This document shows, one piece after another, positions 38,500 through 47,263 of a DNA stretch of 64,000 nucleotides. The notes under the pieces are model-generated. The model made no database searches, was not told where the DNA came from, and saw only the letters and a list, made by a program, of their open reading frames with translations. Within the stretch, counting starts at the first letter, position 1. Every line of letters starts with the position of its first letter. Source of the stretch: an uncultured delta proteobacterium (GTDB lineage Bacteria > Myxococcota_A > Polyangia > Polyangiales > Polyangiaceae); the NCBI GenBank assembly GCA_963841435.1, contig CAWJCS010000005.1:672001-736000 (forward strand). The letters are read 5' to 3'. The position numbers were made by a program, and so were the translations under genes.

Positions 38500-39894
38500 A
38501 TGCGGCTTTCCACGCTACTCGCGCCCGACATCAAGCGCATCCTCGAGGAAGATCCAGCGCAGGTGTACGACCTGCTCGACGAGATCCATCCCGAGGACCT
38601 CGCCGATCTCGTGAGCGAGCTCGAGCCGCACCAGGCGGCAATCTTGCTCGGGCGCATGCCGGCCGAGGGAGCCGCGCCGATCTTCGAGCGTCTCGAGGAG
38701 CACGAGCAGGAAGAGCTCGCCGAACACATGAGGCCGGAGTCGGTCGCCCGCATCGCGAGCGAGATGGCGCCCGACGATCGCGCGGATCTGTTCTCGATCC
38801 TGCCTCCCGGCGTCGCCGAGGACGTGCTCGAGAACCTCGCGAAGGTCGATCCCGAGGCCGCCGAGGACGTGCGCGAGCTCGCCAAGTACCCAGAGACGAC
38901 CGCCGGTCACTTGATGACGACGTTGTACGTCTCGGCACCGCCCACGGCGACGATCGCCCAGGCGTTCGACGCCATTCGCCTGCACGCCGAGGAGACCGAC
39001 ACGCCGATATACAGCGTGTACGCCTTGTCCGACGACGAGAGGCTGGTCGGCCTCGTCCCCCTGCGTGACCTGATCGTGGAGTCGAAGAACGGCACGGATC
39101 AACCCATCGGCGAGCTGATGCACACGAACTTCATCACGGTGCCGCCGGACATGGATCAGGAGGAGGTCGCGCGCCTCATGGCAAAGTACGACACCAACGC
39201 GATGCCCGTGGTCGACGGCGACGGCGTCTTTTTGGGCATCATCACCATCGACGACATCGTCGACGTGCTCACGGCCGAGCAGACCGAGGACGTGCAGAAG
39301 ATCGGCGGTGTCGCGCCCCTCGAGGAGCCGTACTTCCAGACGAGCTTCGGAGCGTTCATCCAGAAGCGCGGCGTCTGGCTTTTGGTGCTGTTCTTCGGCG
39401 AATTCTTCACACAGATGGCCCTTCGCCGACACGATCGCGTGCTGAGCGCGATCCACGGCGCCGCGTACTACGTGCCGCTGCTCATCAGCGCGGGCGGCAA
39501 CTCGGGCTCGCAGTCGTCCACTTTGATCATCCGTGGCCTCGCGGTGGGCGAAATCAAACCGGGCGACTGGTGGCGCATTCTCTGGCGCGAGGCGGGCATG
39601 GGGCTCGTGCTCGGCACGGGGCTCGCCATCATCGGCTTTTTCCGCGTGCTCATGTATCCAGACCAGCACCTCGATTTCGCAACGACCGTGGGGCTTGCCA
39701 TCGTCGGCATCGTGTTCGCGGGCTGCACCATCGGGGCGATGCTGCCGATCCTGCTCCGGCGTCTCGGGGTCGACCCGGCGACGAGCTCCACGCCGTTCAT
39801 CGCGAGCCTCGTCGACGTGACGGGCATCCTCATCTTCGTCTACATGGCGCGCATCCTGATGAGCGACGTGATCGCCGCCTATCCGTCGCACTGA
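38500..39894 (+). CDS. mgtE: Magnesium transporter MgtE
   Basis: MgtE_N repeats, CBS pair, GIITIDD, GGNSGSQ, DPA..S.PFI...DV.G. Confidence 0.96.
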   Translation: MRLSTLLAPDIKRILEEDPAQVYDLLDEIHPEDLADLVSELEPHQAAILLGRMPAEGAAPIFERLEEHEQEELAEHMRPESVARIASEMAPDDRADLFSILPPGVAEDVLENLAKVDPEAAEDVRELAKYPETTAGHLMTTLYVSAPPTATIAQAFDAIRLHAEETDTPIYSVYALSDDERLVGLVPLRDLIVESKNGTDQPIGELMHTNFITVPPDMDQEEVARLMAKYDTNAMPVVDGDGVFLGIITIDDIVDVLTAEQTEDVQKIGGVAPLEEPYFQTSFGAFIQKRGVWLLVLFFGEFFTQMALRRHDRVLSAIHGAAYYVPLLISAGGNSGSQSSTLIIRGLAVGEIKPGDWWRILWREAGMGLVLGTGLAIIGFFRVLMYPDQHLDFATTVGLAIVGIVFAGCTIGAMLPILLRRLGVDPATSSTPFIASLVDVTGILIFVYMARILMSDVIAAYPSH

Positions 39895-40290
39895 GTCGCA
39901 CTGATCGGTCGAGCGCCGGGCGTCGCAACCCGCGCGCGCGGAGCGCCGGACGGCGGCGCGCAGCGGCGAAGCGGGGCGCGGCGGGCGCAACGCGTCGCGC
40001 CACGTTCTTTTCCGCCGGAATACTTTAGCTTCGATGAACTGGAACCGCTTCCGGAAGTTGGCCTCGGGGGAGCAACGGAGTTGACAATCCGGGGACGGGC
40101 GTGGTGGGGGCGCGAACGCCCGAGCCTAATTTGGCTCTTTCGTGCTCCTCGGCGCGCCCCCACGACCCGGGGCCTCCCCAAACTCGTCACGTCCCGGACT
40201 CCTTCTGGCCGACCGCGCCGGGGTCAGAAAGAAACGATAATGAAAGTCGCCTTGCCAAGGTGCGAACCAGGTCGGAGATTAAGCAACAAC

Positions 40291-42703
40291 ATGGCTTTCA
40301 GCACGCGCCTTTCGCTCCTCTGCTCCACCGTTCTCCTGGTCTCGGGCATCAGCTGCAGTACGGGTGTCGACAAAGGCAAGGGCTTCGACGACAACGCGGG
40401 CGGAACCGGTAACAGCGGTGGAACCAGCGCTGGCAGCGCGGGGATCCGGCCGGGTGGCGGCAGCGGCGGCATCTCCGTGGAGAGCGCCGCTTGCGGGGAC
40501 GGCAAGCACCAGGACGGCGAGCAGTGCGACGACAGCAACAAGAACGACGGCGATTGCTGCAACTCGTTCTGCAAGGTCGAAGCAGACTGCGAATGTCCAG
40601 AGGTCGGGGCCTGCATGAGCTTCACGGCGTGCGGCGACGGCAGGCTCACGAGCGCCGAAGCGTGCGATGACGGCAACACGGTGGATGGCGACGGCTGCGC
40701 CGCCGACTGCAAGACGGTCACGCCCGGCTGGCAGTGCCGCGTGCCCGGAAAGAAGTGCGTCCCGTTCTGCGGCGACGGGCAGATCATAGGCGGCGAGAAC
40801 TGCGACGACGGCAACAACGTCTCGGGTGACGGCTGCTCGGCCACGTGCCTCATCGAGCCGGGTGCGACCTGCACCGGCACGCCCAGCGTGTGCACCACCG
40901 CGATGTGTGGCAACGGCATGAAGGAAGCGGGCGAGGGCTGCGACCTCGGTCCGCAGAATGGCCTCTTCTACGGCGACGCGACGGGCTGCTCGAAGACGTG
41001 CACGCAAGAGCCCAACTGCCGGCCCAGCGGGACCACGCAGGCCTGCTCCACCGCGTGCGGCGACGGCAATGTAGACACGCCCGACGGCGAAGAGTGCGAC
41101 GACGGCAACGCCTTGAGCGGCGACGGCTGCTCCGCCGACTGCAAGATCGAGGGCGGCTTCACCTGCACCGACGAGGAGAAGCCGGACACCGAGCCGTGCC
41201 CGAGCAACCCGAGCCTGCAGTGCCTGGTGCTCCCGGTCACCTATCGCGACTTCGACGGACAGCAGGCCGGCTCCACCGGTCACCCCGACTTTTTCTACAT
41301 GGGTGCCGCCAGCACCGCCGGCACGCCGGGCAACATCGGCACGAAGACGGCATGCGTCCCGAACGCCAGCGGCGCCAAGCTCCCGTGGGCTGCGGGCGAC
41401 TCGTGCCCGAACACCGACGCCGTCGGGCCGTGCACCGGCATCGCGGCGGCGGCGCTCAACGCCATGGGCAAGCCCGCGCTCGCCAAGGACACCTGCCCGT
41501 GCGTGTTCACCGACTGGGATCAGACCGGCGTGCTCACGGGCGTCACCGGGGTGCAGCAGTGCTGGGTCGAGAACGAAGGCAGCATGCGCGACCGCATCGA
41601 CACGACGGTCAAGGTCGTGAAGGACGCTACGAGCTTCGCCCAGTGGTACACGACCTCGACCATGAGCACCGAGTCGCACGGCACGCTCGAGCTCGCCGAC
41701 ACGGGCGCCGGCACCTACCAGTTCTCGAGCAGCGTCCCGGGTGCGGCCGCAGGCGCCATGGGCAGCACCGTCTCCGACGACATTCACCAGAACTGCCTCG
41801 GCACGGCGACGCCCCTGCACAGCGGGTTCTTCCCGCTCGACGGCAGCACGGGCACCGGCTCGACGACGCTCTGCAACCTCTGGCCCTACTGGAAGGCGGG
41901 GCTCACCCCGGCCAACTGCACGGCGGGCGCGGGCAACACGATCCTCGCGCAATGGGATCCGCTGGCGGCCTGGGACGCTTGCCCCACGCTCGGCGCGGGC
42001 GGCGGCTGGGTGCCGAAGTCGGACGGCACCGGCACGGCGCTACAAGGCGTGGCGCACGACTTCTACTTCTCGACGGAGGCGCGCTATCTCTTCCGCTACA
42101 CCGCCCCCGCGCAGCTCGCGTTCTACGGCGACGACGACGTTCTGGGTGTTCGTCAACGGCAAGCTCGCCCTCGACCTCGGCGCCCCGCACGAGCGCCTCT
42201 CCGGCACGGTCATGATCACCGACACCGCCTTCGGCCTCGAGGTCGGCCGCATCTACGAGATCGCCGTCTTCCACGCGGACCGCCACCCGCGCGAGTCGAA
42301 CTACCAGCTCACGCTCTCCGCCTTTGCCACACAGAAGTCGGCGTGCGAGCCGCGCTGCGGCGACGGCGTCGCGACCCTGACCGAAGAGTGCGACGAAGGC
42401 GCGAACAACGTGGACGGCGTCTACGGCGGTTGCAGCGCGACCTGCCACTTCGGCCCGTTCTGCGGCGACGGCAACACCGACACTCAGGTCAACCCCGACA
42501 CGGGCTTGCCCTACGAGCAGTGCGACAAGGGCCGCGACAACGTCAACGTGTACGGCACCGTGGGCGGCTGCTCGCCGAGCTGCCAGATCACGCCCGCCTG
42601 CGGTGACGGCATCATCGACAGCGCTTTCGGCGAGACCTGCGACGACGGCGCCATGAACGGCCAGGGCGCCTGCGGCCTCGACTGCACGAAGATCGTCCTC
42701 TAA
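40291..42703 (+). CDS. Lipoprotein with Myxococcus Cys-rich (DUF4215) repeats and fibro-slime/PA14 domain; frameshift near 42141
   Basis: Repeated CGDG....E.CDDGN...GDGCS..C; YRDF..HPDF, GFFPLD, FYGDDD(V)WVFVNG..LDLG..H. Confidence 0.9.
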
Positions 42704-42719
42704 CCCGGCACGAACGGGG

Positions 42720-42745
42720 GCTGCCCCCGCGCGGGGGCGGCAGCG
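42720..42745. terminator. GC-rich hairpin between convergent genes, possible terminator
   Basis: GCTGCCCCCGCGCGGGGGCGGCAGC inverted repeat; no U-tract. Confidence 0.35.
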
Positions 42746-42838
42746 AACGTCCCGCGTCCTCGGCCTCACGGCCTCCGGGCGCGGGCGCCCGCCAAGCGTC
42801 CGCTCCGCGGCCGCGGGGGCGCAGCCACGTTTCCGTCC

Positions 42839-43627
42839 TCAGCTGTTCAGCAGCGCTTCGACGCTTTCCTTCACGGGCGCGCGGCCCTCGATGAAATCGG
42901 TGACGCGCGCGTCCGGGGAGGCGCGAAACTCGTCGACGGTGCCGGCGCAGATCACGCGACCCGAGTGCACCATCGCGATGCGGTCGCTGATGCTGAAGGC
43001 GCTCCGCATGTCGTGCGTCACGACGATGCTCGTGATTTTGAGCCTCTCCTGCAGGCCCGTGATGAGATGGTTCACGCGCGCCGTGTTGATGGGGTCGAGC
43101 CCGGTCGTCGGCTCATCGTACAACAGCACCTCGGGCTGGACGGCGATGGCGCGAGCGAGCCCCACGCGCTTGCGCATGCCGCCCGACAGATCGGCGGGCT
43201 GCATGGCCTCGATGCCCGGCAGATCGACGAGGCCGAGCGCCCAGGCCACGCGATCTTGTCGCTCCTTGACGCTCAGCTTGTCGCGAAAATGCTCCTCGAG
43301 GCCGTAGCCCACGTTTTCGCCGACCGTGAGCGAGTCGAAGAGGGCCCCACTCTGGAACAGCATGGCAATCCGGCGTCGCACGTCGGAAAGCTTGGCCTCG
43401 TTGAGCTCGGTCACATCGAGGCCATCGAACTGGATGTGCCCCGAATCGACCGCCAGAAGGCCGATCAGCATCTTGAGCATCACGCTCTTGCCCACGCCGG
43501 AACCGCCACAGATGGTGAGCACCTCGCCACGCCGCACGTCGAGGTTGAGCCCGGCGTAGACGATCTTGTTGCCGAACGCCTTGCGCACGCGCGAAAAGCT
43601 TATGTACGTGTCGTCCGAGCCGGCCAT
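42839..43627 (-). CDS. ABC transporter ATP-binding protein, MlaF/Mkl type
   Basis: GGSGVGKS, FQSGALFDSL, LSGGMRKRVGLARA, LYDEPTTGLDP, VTHD. Confidence 0.95.
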   Translation of the reverse strand: MAGSDDTYISFSRVRKAFGNKIVYAGLNLDVRRGEVLTICGGSGVGKSVMLKMLIGLLAVDSGHIQFDGLDVTELNEAKLSDVRRRIAMLFQSGALFDSLTVGENVGYGLEEHFRDKLSVKERQDRVAWALGLVDLPGIEAMQPADLSGGMRKRVGLARAIAVQPEVLLYDEPTTGLDPINTARVNHLITGLQERLKITSIVVTHDMRSAFSISDRIAMVHSGRVICAGTVDEFRASPDARVTDFIEGRAPVKESVEALLNS

Positions 43628-43685
43628 CTCCGACCGGCACCATAGCGCGGGCCGGGCGGACGCCCCAGCGGAGCCGTGCCGAACC

Positions 43686-45365
43686 TCACGAAACGCGCGA
43701 GAGCAGGAGCTCGACCGCGTCACCGCCGCGGAAGCGATCGCGCCGCAAGCGACCCGCGACGAGCACGCGGCCCGCAACGGAGGCCGCCCGAGCGCCGAGC
43801 CCGGGTCCGAAGGCGGCGAGGCGCTGACTTCCTTCCACTTGGAGCTCCAGCTGCAGGTGACCACCCTGCACCTCCCTCGCGCGGAGCACGTCGGCGGTCA
43901 GCTCGAGCTCGGGCAAGGGGTTGCCCTCGCCGCACGGCTCGAGCAGCGCGAAGTCGTCGAGCACCCGCGCGAGCGTGTCGCCCGGGGCGAGCGCGACAGA
44001 GGGCCCGTGCGCGGCGGGAGCGTCGCTGGGCGGCCGGTTGCCGATCGCGGCCACGAATGCCTCCCGCAGAGCATCGAGCTCTGCCGCCGCCACCTCGAGA
44101 CCGGCCGCGGCCTGGTGCCCCCCGAAGCGCACGAGCAAGTGCTGAACCTCGGAGAGGGCGTCGTGGAGGCGGGCACCACGCGGCCCGCGGACGGAGCCCC
44201 GCCCGTGCCCGCCCTCGAAGCCGACCACGATGACCGGCCGCGCGAAGCGGTCCGCGAGCCGCCCCGCGACGATGCCCACGACGCCCTGGCTCCAGCCCTC
44301 GCGCCCGAGCACGATGGCCGGGCGTTCCGCATAGCCCCGCTCGTTCACCTCCGCGAGCGCTTCGCCGAGCATGGTGTCCTGCAGACTGCGACGCAGAGCA
44401 TTTTGCTGCTCGAGGTCACCCGCCAGGGCGTCGGCCCGCGTCGGATTGGTCTCGAGCAGGAGCTCGAGCGTGAGCGCGGGCGACCCGAGCCGTCCGGGAG
44501 CGTTCAAGCGCGGCGCGATGCGATACGACACGTCGTCGGCCGCGAGCCTCGCACCGCGCTCGATGCCGGCGAGCTCGAAGAGCGCGCGCAGCCCCGGACG
44601 CCGCCCCTCGGCGAGCACGCCGAGCCCTGCGCGCACGAGCGCGCGGTTGTCGCCCGTGAGCGGCGCCACGTCGGCGATGGTCCCGATCGCAACCAGATCG
44701 AGCACCGCCTTCAGGTCGAGCGCACGCCCGAGCTCGGCACGCACCGCTGCGCCGAGGGAAAGGGCGAGCCCGCAGGAAGCGAGCCCTTTGAAAGCGAAGC
44801 CGCAGCCTGCGCGGTGCGGATTCAAAAAAGCGAGCGCCGGCAAGGGCTCGTCGGGCACGAGGTGATGATCGATGACGATGGCCTCGAGCCCGCGCCGGCG
44901 AAGCTCCGCAAGCGCCGCATGATCGGACGAACCGCAGTCGCAGGTCACGACGAGCGTCGCCCCCGTGGCGACGATGCGCTCCACGGCGGCCGGCGAAACA
45001 CCGTAGCCGCCTTCGTAGCGCACCCCGACGAGCGGCGCGACCTCGGCACCGAGCGCACGCAAGAGCTCGGTGAGCACGGCCGTCGCGGTGATGCCGTCGC
45101 AGTCGTAGTCGCCGAATACGGCGATGCGCTCCCGCGCGCGCACGGCGCGGGCCAGACGCTCGGCTGCGACGGCACGGTCGAGCATCGCGGTCGGGGTGCT
45201 GAGCTCGGCGAGCCGCGGCGAGAGAAAGCGCCGAACGGCGTCGGGCTCGGACCAGCCCTGGCTCGTGAGCCAAGTACAGAGCGTCCGCGAGAGCTTGAGC
45301 GTTCGGCCGAGCTCGGCGGCCGGTCCGTCGAGCTCACTCGCCGCCGCGTCGCTCACCGTTGCCAT
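43686..45365 (-). CDS. recJ: ssDNA-specific exonuclease RecJ
   Basis: GDYDCDG, TCDCG, IDHH, GTIAD, PRLNAPGR, GSVR, FGGH..AAG, EPCGEGNP. Confidence 0.95.
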   Translation of the reverse strand: MATVSDAAASELDGPAAELGRTLKLSRTLCTWLTSQGWSEPDAVRRFLSPRLAELSTPTAMLDRAVAAERLARAVRARERIAVFGDYDCDGITATAVLTELLRALGAEVAPLVGVRYEGGYGVSPAAVERIVATGATLVVTCDCGSSDHAALAELRRRGLEAIVIDHHLVPDEPLPALAFLNPHRAGCGFAFKGLASCGLALSLGAAVRAELGRALDLKAVLDLVAIGTIADVAPLTGDNRALVRAGLGVLAEGRRPGLRALFELAGIERGARLAADDVSYRIAPRLNAPGRLGSPALTLELLLETNPTRADALAGDLEQQNALRRSLQDTMLGEALAEVNERGYAERPAIVLGREGWSQGVVGIVAGRLADRFARPVIVVGFEGGHGRGSVRGPRGARLHDALSEVQHLLVRFGGHQAAAGLEVAAAELDALREAFVAAIGNRPPSDAPAAHGPSVALAPGDTLARVLDDFALLEPCGEGNPLPELELTADVLRAREVQGGHLQLELQVEGSQRLAAFGPGLGARAASVAGRVLVAGRLRRDRFRGGDAVELLLSRVS

Positions 45366-45488
45366 AGCCCTCGGTAGCGTCCCCGTGGGCAGAGGGAAAG
45401 CGGCTTCCACTCCGCCCGCGCCGGACCGAGCGCGTCTCGTGACCCTGTCCTGCAGCGCGAAGCCCCTCGCAGCGGGTTGGGCCGGGCT

Positions 45489-45887
45489 CTAGTTGAGCTC
45501 TCGGGGATCGACCTCGGGAGCGTCGAGCGGGCGAGCCACGAACACCCAGCGGACCTGGCCGTCGGCGCCGTGGATGCGCACGTGCTCCTCGGGGACGGCG
45601 AGCAGCGTCACGCGAGGGCCCGACTCCGACGGCTCGACATCGACGAGCTGCATGCCGTCGAGCACCTCGAGACCGCGCAGCGCCTCGTCCATCTCGAGGC
45701 CAGCGCGCTTGCGCACCTCCCTGAGGCCGAGCGTCCGGTCCATACCAAAGCCATCGAGCAGCGCCTGTGCGCTCTCACAGGCCGCTCGGTACTCCACCGG
45801 CATGGCCGCCCAGACCTCGGTCGGGAACGTGAGCGGCGGCGTGGACGCCTTGGCGTGCGGTGAGGCGGGAAACATGGAGGCGAACAT
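45489..45887 (-). CDS. Small hypothetical protein, possible winged-helix
   Basis: LREVRKRAGLEMDEALRGLEVLDGMQLV pattern; lies between secF and recJ on the same strand; start uncertain. Confidence 0.55.
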   Translation of the reverse strand: MFASMFPASPHAKASTPPLTFPTEVWAAMPVEYRAACESAQALLDGFGMDRTLGLREVRKRAGLEMDEALRGLEVLDGMQLVDVEPSESGPRVTLLAVPEEHVRIHGADGQVRWVFVARPLDAPEVDPRELN

Positions 45888-46008
45888 CTCATTGAAACTT
45901 AAGGTCGCCTGGCCGGGTGTCAACGGGCGCGCCAAAAGGGGGCCAAGTGGGGGCGGAATTGGGGGCGCATCGCTGAAAGTCGCCGGCGACCGCCCTCTTT
46001 CGTTCGAC

Positions 46009-47259
46009 TCAAGCCGAGGCTTCCGCGGCGCGGCGCGCTGACTTCTGCCGCCCGCCACCACGACGGCCCCCGCCCTTCTTCCCACCCTTGCCCATGCGGG
46101 CAAAGATGACCTTGTCGAACCATTCGGTGGTCGGGAGGGCGACGTAGATCGTCGAGTACGTACCGAAGACCAGCCCGATCGAGATCGACAGGGCGAAGTT
46201 CTTGAGGGTGCCCGTGCCCCAGACGAAGAACGCGAGCAAGCTCATCTGCACCGTCGCCGTCGTGAGGATCGTCCGGCCGAGCATCTCCGAGGTGCTCACG
46301 TTGATGAGCTCGCGGAACGTGGCACCGCGCAATTTTCCCAAATTTTCGCGCACGCGGTCGTAAATGACGACGGTGTCGTTCACCGAGTAGCCGATGATCG
46401 TGAGCACGGCGGCAACCGTCGTGAGGTCGATCTCGCGCTTGAGCAAGATGAGGGCGCCCACCGTCCCCGTCGCGTCGTGCACGAGGGCGACGATGCCGCC
46501 CGGTGCGAAGCGCAGATCGAAGCGGAAGGCGATGTACGCCATGATGAACACGATGGCGATGAGGATGCTCTTGACGGCGCTGTCGCGAAGCTGGGCACCC
46601 GCGCGCGGGCCGATCCACTCCGCGCGCAACGCGGTGTCGGGCGCGCGTTCGCCGAGCGCATGCTTGAGCCCCGCGAGCAGCTGATCGCCCTTGCTCATGA
46701 GCTGGATCTCGACCTTGTGGTCGCGGGCGTTCTGCACGAGCGGGTTGTTGTCGCCCGGGCGGAGCCGGATGCCGCCGACGCCGGACGCTCGCTGCTTGAT
46801 CCAGGCGAGATCGGGCGCTTGCTCGAAGCGCGCCGTGATCTTGTCGCCGCCGGGGCTGAACCGGACCTCGGTGGCCCGCCGCGCTTCGGGGCAGTCTGCC
46901 GGCGGGGCGTTGGGCCCGAAGCAGAGTGCGCGCTCGGCGGCGGCCTCGGTCTCGAGCGAGAGCGTCGAAACCTCCTGAACGCGGATCATGTAGCGCGCGG
47001 GATGCTTCGGGTCGTCGACCTTGATGACGTCGGGCGTGCTGAAACCGGCCTCTTGCACGGCATCGCGGATTTCCTGGACGCGAACGCTCCCCTTGAAGGC
47101 GAGCTCCACCTCGGTGCCACCGCGAAAGTCGGTGCCGAGCATGGCTTGACCGCTGACCAAGAGGACGATCGACCCGATCGTGATGAAGATGCTGAGCCCG
47201 ACGAATAGGCCCCGCCAACGCATGAAGTCGTAGATCTTGCCGCTGGCGAAGAAGCGCAT
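46009..47259 (-). CDS. secF: Protein translocase subunit SecF
   Basis: GTDFRGG, IGP..G, LVHD, IIGYSVNDTVVIYDRVREN, RTILT, GTYS. Confidence 0.97.
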   Translation of the reverse strand: MRFFASGKIYDFMRWRGLFVGLSIFITIGSIVLLVSGQAMLGTDFRGGTEVELAFKGSVRVQEIRDAVQEAGFSTPDVIKVDDPKHPARYMIRVQEVSTLSLETEAAAERALCFGPNAPPADCPEARRATEVRFSPGGDKITARFEQAPDLAWIKQRASGVGGIRLRPGDNNPLVQNARDHKVEIQLMSKGDQLLAGLKHALGERAPDTALRAEWIGPRAGAQLRDSAVKSILIAIVFIMAYIAFRFDLRFAPGGIVALVHDATGTVGALILLKREIDLTTVAAVLTIIGYSVNDTVVIYDRVRENLGKLRGATFRELINVSTSEMLGRTILTTATVQMSLLAFFVWGTGTLKNFALSISIGLVFGTYSTIYVALPTTEWFDKVIFARMGKGGKKGGGRRGGGRQKSARRAAEASA

Positions 47260-47263
47260 CGTC

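Noticed and set aside
40131-40146. Sigma54-like TTGGC...TGCT upstream of the fibro-slime gene
   Set aside because: GG-to-GC spacing is 9 nt rather than the required 10
4110-42150. Programmed ribosomal frameshifting or phase variation at the frame breaks
   Set aside because: No slippery heptamers or long SSRs (at most a G5 run), and the affected genes are unrelated; assembly error is more parsimonious
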